DNA of 64,000 nucleotides, from assembly GCF_006345805.1 (NCBI RefSeq), contig NC_043012.1, forward strand, positions 24,986,001-25,050,000, read 5' to 3'. Both the position numbers and the translations under genes were made by a program. This stretch comes from Octopus sinensis. Taxonomy: Eukaryota. The notes beneath the pieces were generated by a model that saw nothing but the letters and a program-made list of their open reading frames with translations, was not told the origin of the DNA and did no database searches. This document shows, piece after piece, positions 38,719-51,374 of this stretch; positions within the stretch are counted from its first letter, which is position 1; every line of letters begins with the position of its first letter.

Positions 38719-39364
38719 CGCATATATTATATGTATATATGTATGTATACATTCAAATACATGTACAATATATTCACAGAATAATATTGAATAATATTGA
38801 GTTCAATGAATGCCGAAGCATTTACTGCAATCTTAAATTGTTTAGTCTCCTCAGATTAATTTCTCATTTAAACTGAAGTCCACAATCTATTGGAGAGAGA
38901 AGCTGAGACACTCAACTACATCGACTCCAATATCCGTAACAGCAGACAGCAGAGGCCAGGCTGGCTTAACCAACCTTCAAATGTGTGCAGCTCAGCCTCG
39001 ATAATAAATCTCTATAATATTATTCTACTTGCTAGGACATATTTTCGAAGATGTTATGCAACATTAAATACATTTATTTTGAAACGAAAACGAAGGTTAT
39101 GATAAAAATTGTGAAGATAATGAAGCAAATTCCCATTACGCTTTTAACAAACTTAACTATGGAAGGGAATCGGAGATGTAATCTCAACATTGACATAACG
39201 TAAGATGTTTTTAGCATTCTCTTTGATGTCTTATATTCATATACTTGTTTCTATCTCTGGACTGCGGTCAAACTGGAGCACGACTTTGAGCAGTTTAGGC
39301 GAACAAATCCACCGCAGTGCTTATTTGATCAACTGCTACTTTACAGGAGCGTTAAAAATCCAAC

Positions 39365-39546
39365 ACTAAGGGGCTAAGTCGATTACATCGACCCTAATGC
39401 ATAACAGGTACGTACTTTATTGATCCCGGAAGAGTGAAAGGCAAAGCCGATCTCGGCGGAATTTGAACTCTGAACGTAAATACAGATGAAATGCCGCCAA
39501 GCATTTTTTCCCTGGTGTGCTAACGATTCTTCAAGCCCGACGACTC

Positions 39547-39632
<86 letters not shown>

Positions 39633-39910
39633 TAATAATAATAATAATAATAACAACAACAACAACAGCAACAGTAATAACAACAACAACAACAATAATA
39701 ATAATAACAACAGTAACAACAACGGCAATAGTAATGGCAATAGACCACAAATTTTAGCGTGTAGAGGTGGTAAGTTGAGTAGATCGACGCCAGCGCTCGA
39801 TTCATACTTATTTTATCGAACCCGAAAAGATGAAAGGTGGAGTCGACGCCGAGAAAATATGGAGCTAAACCTGTTGACCGACACACAAATAACTCTGCTA
39901 GCTCGTCACA
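39365..39910 (-). mobile_element. Two SINE family A copies separated by an (AAT/AAC)n tract (39548-39735)
   Basis: Core motifs at about 39365-39545 and 39740-39910. Confidence 0.8.
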
Positions 39911-40039
39911 TCAGTGATAATCATAAAATTGTTTTATATTTTATTAAACAAATTTTTACTTGACGACCAGTTATGATCACCAATGCAAAGAGTTACAGAT
40001 AGCGGCTTTTTTAAAATGTTTTTTTAGCATATGTGAAAA

Positions 40040-40240
40040 CAAAGTGGTGAGCTTGGATAATCATTAGCATGCTGGACGGAATGATTAGCGCCATTTTGTC
40101 CGACTTTAGAAGCGTAGTTCAAATTCCGCTGTGGTCAATTTTCCTTTCATACTTTTGGGGTCAATAGAATAAGTACCAGATTTAAACGACTTACCTCCAA
40201 CCCCGAAACTGCAGGCCTTGTACAAAATTTTAAACCAGTA
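40040..40240 (+). mobile_element. SINE family A, diverged
   Basis: GTGGTGAGCTTGG...GTTCAAATTCCGCTGTGGTC...GGCCTTGTAC. Confidence 0.75.
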
Positions 40241-40375
40241 TGTAAGAATACAAATGATAACGCAAGTTACAATTATTAGACATCAGAACAGAGAGAACGA
40301 TAGATGAAGGTAATGAATTTAAATGTTGAACAATGTCAATTCGAGTCTGCACTAAATTCTCCAATATTTATATAG

Positions 40376-40669
40376 ACAAGCAATGAATCGATACCGGAAA
40401 TTCTGGTCTCACTTTATCCGATTCATGTAACTTCTAACTTGGTTAATAAAGCGAAACTTCAATCAGTTTGGGATATTACATGGACAAAAGGAGGAACGGT
40501 TTCGTTCAGCCATTTCATGGATGACGTAAATGAACACACTGCCAATGGGAAGGAACCATTTATAGAGTTTACTGTGAAGTTTAGTAAAGACATTGATATA
40601 CACTTTGATTTTGGAGGATTTCAAGGACTTGAGAATAAAACGAAGTGGACTGACGCACTTGATTTATAA
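40376..40669 (+). CDS. Candidate terminal coding exon, 97 aa, unidentified product
   Basis: Acceptor-like TTCTCCAATATTTATATAG with upstream CACTAAA, then an uninterrupted non-repetitive frame TSNESIPEILVSLYPIHVTSNLVNKAKLQSVWDITWTKGGTVSFSHFMDDVNEHTANGKEPFIEFTVKFSKDIDIHFDFGGFQGLENKTKWTDALDL followed by a stop. I recognise no homology. Confidence 0.35.
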   Translation, partial: TSNESIPEILVSLYPIHVTSNLVNKAKLQSVWDITWTKGGTVSFSHFMDDVNEHTANGKEPFIEFTVKFSKDIDIHFDFGGFQGLENKTKWTDALDL

Positions 40670-40924
40670 ATATTAAGGAACAAGCTAGTGTGAAACTGTG
40701 AGCAAAAGTGTGTGAAAGAGTTTAAAAAAAAACGAATATTTTCATATACATCAACTTCTCCCTACCTCCTCCCTCCACACACCCAGCCAGATGTTTTATC
40801 GCTTTGTCACTTGTACCGCAACTATAACGATTGTTGTATTACGATCGTTGCTACTCAGAACTTGCTTTGCTCATACCATATCCATTCAAGCACACCTGTC
40901 TCACTCAGGCATATCCTGCGATCA

Positions 40925-41145
40925 TGATTCTTTTCTACTCTAGGCACAAGGCTCGAAATTTTGGGAGAGTGGGGCAGTCGATTAGATCGACTACAGTATC
41001 AACCTGGTACTTAATTTATCAACCTCGAAAGGATGAAAGGCAAAGTCGACCTGGGCGGAATTTGAACTCAGAACATAAAGTCAGACGAAATACTGCTAAG
41101 CATTTCGCCTGGGGTGCTAATGTTTCTGCCAGTTCGCCTCCTTAA
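40925..41145 (-). mobile_element. SINE family A
   Basis: CTCTAGGCACAAGGC...AAAGTCGACCTGGGCGGAATTTGAACTCAG...GCCAGTTCGCCTCC. Confidence 0.88.
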
Positions 41146-41424
41146 TTATTGCTGTGTCCTGCCAACGTTATTGTTGTGTACAACCCCAACCTAGGCCCTG
41201 TAATAATCACTACGCTCAAGTCTTCCTTACCCAGAACATCGATCATCAGGAATTCCGTCTTTGCTATTATCTTTCATGCTAATGTTTAATCAAAACGTTT
41301 CCAGAGCAATACTAATGCCATGAATCTTACCGTTCTAAAACCATAAGCTCTGCGTCTTTCTCCAGACTTAGCAAGGAAAATCACATATTTCAGAATATCC
41401 AAGAAGCACGAATACGATTAGCAA

Positions 41425-41830
41425 TTTCTTCTTTTCTACTCTAGGCACAAGGCCCGAAATTGTTATAGGGGAGGGGGCAGGTCGATTAGATCGACTCCAA
41501 GTCGCAACTAGTACTTAATTCATCGACCCAGAAACGATGAAAGGCAAAGTCGATCTAGGCGGAATTTGAACTCAGAATGTAAAGACAGACGAAATACCTA
41601 TTTCTTTACTGCCCACAAGGGGCTACACACAGAGGGGACAAACAAGGACAGACAAACGGATTAAGTCGATTATATCGACCCCAATGCGTAACTGGTTCTC
41701 ATTTAATCGACCCCGAAAGGATGAAAGGCAAAGTCGACCTCGGCGGAATTTGAACTCAGAACATAACGACAGACGAAATACCGCTAAGCACTTCGTCCGC
41801 CGTGCTAACTTTTCTGCCAGCTCACCCCCT
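41425..41830 (-). mobile_element. SINE family A dimer
   Basis: Same GACGAAATAC|CTATTTCTTTAC junction (about 41590-41610) as at about 2220 and 5745. Confidence 0.9.
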
Positions 41831-42570
41831 AACTATTAGTAATATATTGGCAAGTTAAATTCCATCTACGATCTTTTTAGCGGATTAAGTATGATATATA
41901 TTTCGTAGAGTGTAAAATAAAATACTTATTAAGATGAACATTGAGTGCCACTCAATTATCATGCTTACATCACATGAAATAAAGGCGGTAAATAGATAGA
42001 TTATGATTTCAATGGACAAAAGAAGACCTAAATCTTGCTTTGCTTTCCTTTGATTTGCTTATCAGTTTTTATTCACTTTGTGTTTTCCCGTTCCACTATT
42101 TGCATCCATTTCTTTATTTTCTTGTGTTTTCTCATAGATCAACGTCCTCCGTTTCAAATAAGACAAACCATACGTTTTTGATAGATTGTAGACACATGGC
42201 TCGATGTATAAATCTGCCGAATTATTGGGTTTTCATGGCATGAAATTGTCAGTAGCTGATATTTTAATACGATGTATATTAAATGATATATAAATACTTT
42301 CTTCATTTCTCTATCTGACAAAGAACCATACTCAAAACGTCTTATTTTTTACATTTTTACACCTCTTCCCTTTTACGTTTTAAATTTCTCTGAGCGTCAA
42401 TCGAATACATTCAATATAAACGTCCTGATAACTTTTGTTGTTTTCCCATTTTCTAAAACTTTGATTTGCCTATATGTCTATATATTTGAGAGGATATATA
42501 TTATAAATATATATATATATATATATACATATATATATAGATATATATATATATATAATATAATATATAT

Positions 42571-42605
<35 letters not shown>

Positions 42606-42609
42606 TGTG

Positions 42610-42830
42610 GTTGTGTGTGTGTGTGTGTTTGTCCCCACCAACATCGCTTGACAACCGATGCTGGTGAGTTTTACGTCCTCGTAACTTAGGGGTTCGGCAA
42701 AAGAGACCGATAGAATAAGTACTAGGCTTACAAAGAATAAGTCCAGGGGTCGATTTGCTCGACTAAAGGCAGTGCTCCAGCATTGCCGCAGTCAAATACC
42801 TGTCACAAGTAAAAGAGTAAAAGAGTAATA
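42610..42830 (+). mobile_element. SINE family B 3' half
   Basis: TTTGTCCCCACCAACATCGCTTGACAACCGATG...GCAGTCAAAT, with tail (AAGAGTAA)n. Confidence 0.88.
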
Positions 42831-42909
42831 TATGTGTGTGTGCGTGTGTGTGTTCGCGAGCACACAAACACAAACAGATACATGTGTACATATGTATATG
42901 TAAGTAGAA

Positions 42910-42957
<48 letters not shown>

Positions 42958-43373
42958 ATTTCTACAGCTATTTATCCATCTCTCTATCTCACTCTACAAC
43001 TTTACAACTACACACATATACCAAATAAAAGCAGTGGGTAAATACTCACGGTACCAGGCACAATTGAAGGAAATGAAGCAAATGAGGAGACAGTATATTG
43101 TTATACTAAAGTTATTATATAAAAGGAGGCGTATTGATGAGGTACAAATGAGAAGAGACTGAGAAAAGAGCGGAAAAGAAGCACGCCAGATTACAAATAA
43201 GAGGTGGAAATCATATAATAAGTTGGCAAAGACAAAATGTATTTATTATATGAAAAACACTGAAGTCGGAAAATCTATATATAATGGAGGACGCTTGCAT
43301 TGAAACATGGCTGCATATATGGCTATATAAATATACGTAGACAGATAAACATATATATATATATATAGATAAT

Positions 43374-43422
<49 letters not shown>

Positions 43423-43530
43423 GTATATATGTAGTATGTACATGTACACATATATGTATATCTATATCTGTATATATTTTCCCACTACCTCTCTCTGTCT
43501 CTCTCTCTCCTATATATTATATAGTATATG

Positions 43531-43573
<43 letters not shown>

Positions 43574-43588
43574 TTGTATGTATATATG

Positions 43589-43631
<43 letters not shown>

Positions 43632-43718
43632 GAGAGGGAGTAGGGAGGAAAAATATATACAAATATAGATATACATAAATATATTACATATACATACATA
43701 TATATATAGTCATGATGC

Positions 43719-43761
<43 letters not shown>

Positions 43762-44438
43762 TAATATATATACATATATACATATATATATACATACACA
43801 CAACACATTATGGATCATTGCAAGACTGAAAATATATAGTCATATACACATGCATTTATTTATACGCCTGCGAATGAATGTATGTATATTTATATACGTA
43901 TGTATGCATGTATGTTTCCTTAGATGACTACTGCTGATGTATACATAAGTTTTTCAACAATGTATGTGCGTGCCGTGTGTGTGTGTGTGTTCGTGTGTGT
44001 GTGTGCGTGTGTGTGTGTGTGTGTGAGTGTATGTGTCTGTGTATGCATAGGGACTTAGAGGGTAAATAATTAAATATTTAAATTAGGTCAGCTGGAAGCA
44101 AAGTAGTAAAATCTCTCGTTTTCATCAAGCATGATATACACCGGATATAACACCGTTTAGGCTACGTCGTTCCAGTTGAACTAAAGGATATTCACATTAT
44201 GCCTATGAATATACACAAGCATATACATACATTCACACATACTCGAATACACACACACAAAGACACAAGCGTATATATACATACTTAAATTCCTTGTATT
44301 TGATTATCATCATATTCGAATATCTGAATATTAACCCTATATATGTAAATATACACCAAATAATACATTTACACACACACATATATTACATACACACACA
44401 CACAACACACACAACACACACACACACACATATATATA

Positions 44439-44481
<43 letters not shown>

Positions 44482-44814
44482 TATGTAGACGCATAACCAT
44501 GGAAACCAAATTGCACACATAACCAAATACACGCACGCACAATCATAGACATAGATACCCTCTAACAAAATATATAAATATTCCACAGGCTGTATATATG
44601 TAACCATCCATAGGATACGTATGTAAATGATTTTAATGAGTTATTTAACCTGAAGTACTCAAAGTACTAAATTACACATAAAATTTAGAATTATTCGGTG
44701 ATAAGTCATGAGAAATGAATAGACGATACGTGTCGTCTTCTGGTATGTGCCTAGAAAATTGTCCCGTGAAGAAAATTTAGTTTTGAAGAGTGTGTCTCTC
44801 CTCAGACGGTGTAA

Positions 44815-45327
44815 TCTATATATATAAAACTGTAGTTGTGTGAGAGTCTGTCTCCTATGATTTAGATTCCTAACTACTCCCACATTTTGCGGTGCAGTTT
44901 AACCAAATTCGGGTATCTTATAGTCGTGATTCATATCGAGCCCGTCTGAGTATTAGCGCGCGTCTACGATGAGTCTACGATTTTAAAAATAATTTAACAT
45001 CATTTTTTATTCCATTTTAATGCATAATTTTTCGTGTGTCGATGGCGGCGGAGTTGGCGTCCATGGTCACACCTGCACCTGTTTGCTTCTCCCCCTTCTT
45101 CCCTCCCTCGTGAAGCTGTGGGGAAAGGAGTGTAAGGAAATTAACGTCGTAAAGCGTTGTCAATGAGACCAGCGTTCTTTTAGAACAACGACTTCATGGC
45201 TTAAAGACACTAAAACAGAAATGGCTAAGAAAGCCCAAATTGGCATCTATAAGGGAAGTAACTCTCTAAAAATGCTTATATAGTTATTTCCCTTACAAAC
45301 CCGAGCAACGCCGGGCGATACTCCTAG
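44815..45327 (+). mobile_element. Complete non-autonomous Helitron (513 bp)
   Basis: 5' A|TCTATATATATAAAA, subterminal hairpin CCCG-AGCAACGC-CGGG (45300-45315), 3' CTAG|T. It sits in an AT dinucleotide with no TSD. Confidence 0.85.
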
Positions 45328-45578
45328 TATATGATATAAGCCTTCAGTCAGAAGTAATATAATGCTGTCAATCACGGAAGGCTAAACAGTTCTAAATCGG
45401 ACGGACGTAACGGAAATCGGACATTAATATTTTCAATTAAGGAATCAACAGATGCGTTAGAAATATTTTATTGTGTGTATATATATGGAAGTACAAATGC
45501 AGATATATCTACATACTTCCAGACATAAACATAAGTATATTACTTATGTATATAAACTTGCATACATATGTATGCTTG

Positions 45579-45579
<1 letters not shown>

Positions 45580-45657
<78 letters not shown>

Positions 45658-45658
45658 G

Positions 45659-45705
<47 letters not shown>

Positions 45706-45838
45706 GTCTGTCTATCTATCTCTCTATCTGTCTGTCTATCTATCTGTCTGTCTGTCTATCTATCTCTCTATCTGTCTCTCTATCTCTCTATCTGTCTGTC
45801 TATCTATCTCTCTATCTATCTGTCTGTCTATCTATCTA

Positions 45839-45890
<52 letters not shown>
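45580..45890. repeat. (TATC/TGTC)n array
   Basis: Direct inspection. Confidence 0.95.
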
Positions 45891-45892
<2 letters not shown>

Positions 45893-46369
45893 TTGTTATA
45901 GCGTCATGTAATATAGTTTGACTTCTCTCTCATACATCTATACAAATGCGCGATATATAACTACAAATTAATGGTAAGCCGGCATGATTTTATCCATTCA
46001 TTTATTCGCAGTGCCGTTCCAAGAAGAAATAAAATCATGAAGTAAAACCGCTATTCCGGAAGAACACAAGAAATGCTACCTTTAATGTATACTGAGATTT
46101 TCGCTTATAATCAAATCTCCTTAAAATTCCTGAAAAATTTAAATAATGTATATTTTTGCTGCCTTGTTCCAATTATTGATTTTTGCCTGCTGAACATAAC
46201 ATGTGCACGATGCGAAGAGACCGAGAATTATTCTTCTGGATTTTTTCCTTTTTTTCTTTCTTATATACCAGAAATAAATACTTATGGTCTAATTCTTGCA
46301 TTTGGGTCTCTGTTTTTATACATAGAAACATAGTCATGATACGAATATTAATATAATTAACATTATTTA

Positions 46370-46500
46370 CACTCGACAGATATTTGTTCTCATCTTGTTT
46401 GTTGTTAACACAACGTTTTGGGTGATATACTCTCCAGCCTTCATCAGGTGTCCTGGGGTATTTCGAACATGGATTCTCATTCCTAAGGTATTTTCCCGAT
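46370..46500 (-). mobile_element. PLE pLTR-like repeat (family H3) with mutated hammerhead (46407-46451)
   Basis: Minus strand GACAC CTGATGA A GGCTG GAGAGTATAT CACCC AAAA CGT T GTGTT. Confidence 0.6.
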
Positions 46501-46534
46501 ATTCTTGTGGTTGTTGTTGTTGTTGTTGTTATTC

Positions 46535-46740
46535 AGTAGTTTTATTTTTATAGCGCGCTTTTACTTCATTACCGAGCTCAGCTCTGTGTGCCTTGGGTAT
46601 GTGCTGTGATTTGTTGTGATGCTCTAGTGGTTACTGTATTGAAAGTGTTTTGCGTAGGATGTGTGCAGTGCTCAGTAGTGCAATTTTCTGTAAGTTAAAT
46701 GTGTTTGTAAGTCCTGGTGTTTTTTTTATGTATTTGTCTT
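46535..46740 (-). mobile_element. R4/Dong LINE 3' end, same family as 20391-21230
   Basis: About 200 bp highly similar to about 20392-20595. Embedded between (TTG/TTA)n on one side and (TTA/TTG)n then (AAT)n on the other. Confidence 0.85.
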
Positions 46741-46917
46741 ATTATTATTATAGTTATAATAATAATAATTATTATTATTATTATTGTGATTGTTATTATT
46801 GTTATTATTATTGTTATTGTTATTATTATTATTATTGTTATTATTATTATTGTGATTGTTATTATTATTATTATTATTGTTATTGTTATTATTATTATTA
46901 TTGTTATTATTATTATT

Positions 46918-46962
<45 letters not shown>

Positions 46963-47704
46963 TATTATTATTATTATTATGGTCACTACCTGGAATCGAA
47001 CTCGGGGTTAGTAGCCCGTGCTCTTGAACACTACGCTATATGCTTCGGGCATATAATAATGTAAATGATGTACATAATTCCTAATCTCTCAAATATAGGA
47101 CTGTGTTACAAATATTAATATTTCCAATAACCATACTTAAATATATATGTTTATTTGATTGTTCATATGCAAATGTATGCGTGTATGTATGTATGTATGT
47201 ATGTATGTATGTATGTATGTATGTATGTATGTATGTATGTATGTATGTATTTAATATTTATGTATGTATGCATCTTTGATTTTTCTTTGATTTTCTTTGA
47301 GTTTTTCTTGCGAATTCAAAATGGCGGATAACAAAATGACAAAAATTTTTGAGGCAAGGGAATTTCCGGCCTTTGTCAATATGATATTGTCTTTTAGTGC
47401 CTCGCAAAATGATGTAGGTAGGTACAGGAAGGCTTTTCGATCACCGCATGACAGTTGTTTAGTTGTTTTTGGTATTATTGGATTCAATCTTTTGCTTTGA
47501 TAAAGTAAATGTCAAAAGTCGAAAGTTTAGTCCGGTACTAAAGAACTTAGTAACTGTGTAAACTTTTGTACAATGGCATTTTAAGGTTTCCCAAAAGAAT
47601 GGAAGTTGATGGTATGATTCGCTGGTCAGTTTCTTTACTTCTCGTTGTTAATATTTGGAGTCCGTCTGTCTATCTGTGTATCTATCTATCTATCTATCTA
47701 TCTA

Positions 47705-47761
<57 letters not shown>

Positions 47762-47985
47762 GTCTGTCTGTCTGTCTATCTATATAAATATCTATCTATG
47801 CATACATACATACACATACACACACACGTACATACATACATACATGCATACATACATACAGATATATATATATACATACATATATATATACATACATATA
47901 TCTGTAATATAATTCTTCTATTTACATAATATCGAGCTCTAATTCAGGCTTTGGTTGTCTTACCATTATATATACATATATATAC

Positions 47986-48018
<33 letters not shown>

Positions 48019-48025
48019 GATAATA

Positions 48026-48090
<65 letters not shown>

Positions 48091-48463
48091 ATATATGTAA
48101 GTATGTATTCCAAAATGTAACTACATGTTTATTGTTAGCTATTTTTTCTCCATCTTTCTTTTCTCTTGCACTTTCCTTTGTATCCTGCTTCAGAAGAAGA
48201 GTTTTGCTCGAAGCCTGAAGCACACTTTCCTTCCTGAGAGTCTTCTTAATACTTTGCATGTACCACGTACCTCGCATTGTTATTTGTTTCTTTTTTCTCG
48301 TTTGTTTATTAATTATACAATACACACACACACACACGTATATATATATAAACACATACACACACGTACAGACGTATATGCATACATGCATACTACGTAA
48401 TGGATGTATATTATGTATGTTTTTGCGTGTTTTGAGTATATGTAATATATTTATATATCTATA

Positions 48464-48506
<43 letters not shown>

Positions 48507-48968
48507 TGTATGAGTGCGTGTATGTACGGGTGTAACTTAAACAGTGATGGATCTTCCACCTGTTTCGACGGTAGATATTGAAGGCATTCGATCAAATGAG
48601 CCACTCTGCCCATTAAATCCTCGATCAAATTAGTTACTGAGTATGTTTGAAATTTTGTTTAGACAAGGTCACGAGGAAAGAGGTGCGAAACACCGATAGA
48701 TTAAAATGAATTTTTATTTATTTATAAACAAAATATTAGTTGCTACCATAGCAACGGGTTCGTCGGTTTGTTTATTTCTACTGGTATTCGTGAATGTATG
48801 TAGGTACGTATGTATATATATGTATAATGATACGAACGTTTCTTGCGAAACTCGTTGAAGTCAATCGTCCGAAATTTCTAAGCCTGCCGGAATAATCCTT
48901 CTTTATCAATATACATAGTTATAGAAATAGCCAATGCGCGCGCGAACACACACATACACAGGCACGCG

Positions 48969-48999
<31 letters not shown>

Positions 49000-49051
49000 A
49001 ATGAATAGACATAGATAGAGAGAGATAGATAAAGATATGCATATATGCATT

Positions 49052-49083
<32 letters not shown>

Positions 49084-49244
49084 ATATATATATATCTATA
49101 TATAGTATATATATAATATTGGGTCCCGGGTTGAGTCGGGGTTAACCACAGTAAATAAGGTACTCAATATATATATATATAATATTATTGGTATATTGCT
49201 ATGTATAAATGTATATCTATATATATATATATATAATATATATA

Positions 49245-49276
<32 letters not shown>

Positions 49277-49329
49277 TACATATGCATACATATGTACATA
49301 TATTTATATACACATGGATATACATACAT

Positions 49330-49362
<33 letters not shown>

Positions 49363-49787
49363 GATATATATATATACACATACATATATTAATATATGTG
49401 TATGTGTTTGAGTGTGTGTGTGTGTGTGGTGTGTGTGTGGTGTGTGTGTGTGTTGTTCATACTTGTATGTATGTGATCATAACACATATAAAGATATAAA
49501 GAGATATTACAGAATTTTATTGCCGCACTCGTATACATAGAACACAGACCGAAACTAATAGACTTTTGGAAATACAGAATAAGAAGAATGCTCTCCATTG
49601 GTCTGATGATCTTAATGTGTTTTCCCAATATATATTTGCGGAGCTGAGAATTTGCAACTCTTAAAACAAGCGTCTATGCTATTTATATTGTTGTTGTTGT
49701 GTTTGGTGTTATATGAATCATTGCAACGAATTTCCTGGACGCCGCTAAGGCCAACAACTCTTTGTGTAAGCCACTCTAGGTGTTTGT

Positions 49788-50050
49788 GGAGGTGCGTGGC
49801 TGAGTGGTTAGGAGTGTTGGACTCATGATCGTAAGATTGTGGTTTCGATGCGTTGTGTTCCTAAGCAAACACTCCAGCTGAAAATTGTGTAATACAGTGA
49901 CGGATTGGTGCCCTGTCCAGGTGGGGGAAAACTATACGCCACTGAAACCGGGAAACCGGCCCTTATGTGCCTAGCATGGCTCGAGAAGGAAACATTTCTT
50001 CTTCTTCTTCTTCTTCTTCTTCTTCTTCTTCTTCTTCTTCTTCTTTTCTT
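49788..50050 (+). mobile_element. tRNA-derived SINE family D with (TTC)n tail
   Basis: GGAGGTGCGTGGCTGAGTGGTTAGG head, GGTTTCGATG B-box-like motif, body ...GGTGCCCTGTCCAGG...GAAACCGGCCCTTATG...GGCTCGAGAAGG, then (TTC)n. Confidence 0.7.
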
Positions 50051-50069
50051 CTCGTATTTTCGAAATAAA

Positions 50070-51372
50070 ATGCTCGTATTTTCGAAGACGGCATACGAAT
50101 TGCATGATTTGTTTTTCACGGGGAAAGACGGTATTTGTTTTTGTTGTAATGTTGAAGGACTCTTACGTGAGATGGGGTACGACTATAATCCTGAAGAATG
50201 GAGACTTCATAGATTCCCGCAAAGCAAGCCTAAATGCTGTTTTGCTGCATAATGGCAATCAAAAACCTTCAATACCACTAGCACATTCTGTAGGATTAAA
50301 GGAACCTTATGAATGAGCTGATAAAATTTTGCACTTGATTAAATATTTTGAGCCCAAGTGGAATATATGCGGGGACTTGATTGTTATTGGTTTGCTTCTT
50401 GGGTTGCAAATGGGATATACAAAGCATTAGTGCTTTTTGTGCCTTTGGAACAGCAGAAATGACAAGCATCAATATGATCAAAAAGGGTGACCAAACAGAA
50501 GTGATTTCACTCTAGGGAGATACAACGTTAAATATATCCCTTTAGTTGACCCTCATAAAATTTACGTTCCTCCCTTACACATTAAACTTTGCTTGTTGCA
50601 GAATTTTGTTAAGGCCATGAATGAACACGGTTAAGGATTCAAATATCTCACTGAACAATTTGTTTCTAGCAAGAGTGAAGATCAAAGCTGGTATTTTTAA
50701 TGGACCAGAAATTCGCACTAATTTGTGATGAGCTCTTTCAAGAACAGTTAAGCCCAGTAGAGAAAGCTACATGGGAAATGTTTGTTTCTCTTGTAAAAGA
50801 TTTTGGGGAAATGAAAAATCATCTAACTACGTTGCAATTTTGAATGATTTTTTGAATGCTTATAAGCAACTTGGGGCTAGAATCTCTCTAAGAATTCATT
50901 TTTCCACTCTCATCTTGATGTTTTTCCATCCAATATTGGTGATGTAAGCGAGGAACGTGGTGAACGATTTCATCAAGAAATCAAAGAGCTATAAATCCTC
51001 TACAGTGTCAGACTTACACCAAACATTCTGACGGACTATTGCTGGATTTTAAAACGAGAAACGACATGCAACATAAGCGTAAAAGAGGACGCCAAAATTA
51101 TCTTTGAAAAACATAAAATTAATAATATACACTTTACACTTTTGTTTTGTGTTTTATTGGTTTTAGAGCTATTTATCCACCTAGTTGCTATTGTTCTTAT
51201 ACCAAGTCATGAATTTTCACATTATTGTAATTTTGATGGCAGTATAATAATGATAGTGCAAAAACGTAACGCGTTAGAGCAAAAATGATTACAGATTCGG
51301 AATCAGCGCTCCCAAATTACCTATGAGCACCATTTTGTCTAATAGTAGCAAAACTTTTGTTACCAAGTACTA
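50070..51372 (+). mobile_element. Decayed DNA transposon, probably Chapaev3 (CMC group)
   Basis: Remnants YNPEEWRL|FIDSRKASLNAVLLHNGNQKPSIPLAHSVGLKEPYE, WNICGDL, LFLGLQMGYTK, PHKIYVPPLHIK and HFFHSHLDVFPSNIGDVSEERGERFHQEIKE. The 3' end is GATTCGGAATCAGCGCTCCCAAATTACC...TTTTGTTACCAAG. The superfamily label comes from memory of these motifs. Confidence 0.7.
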
Positions 51373-51374
51373 TC

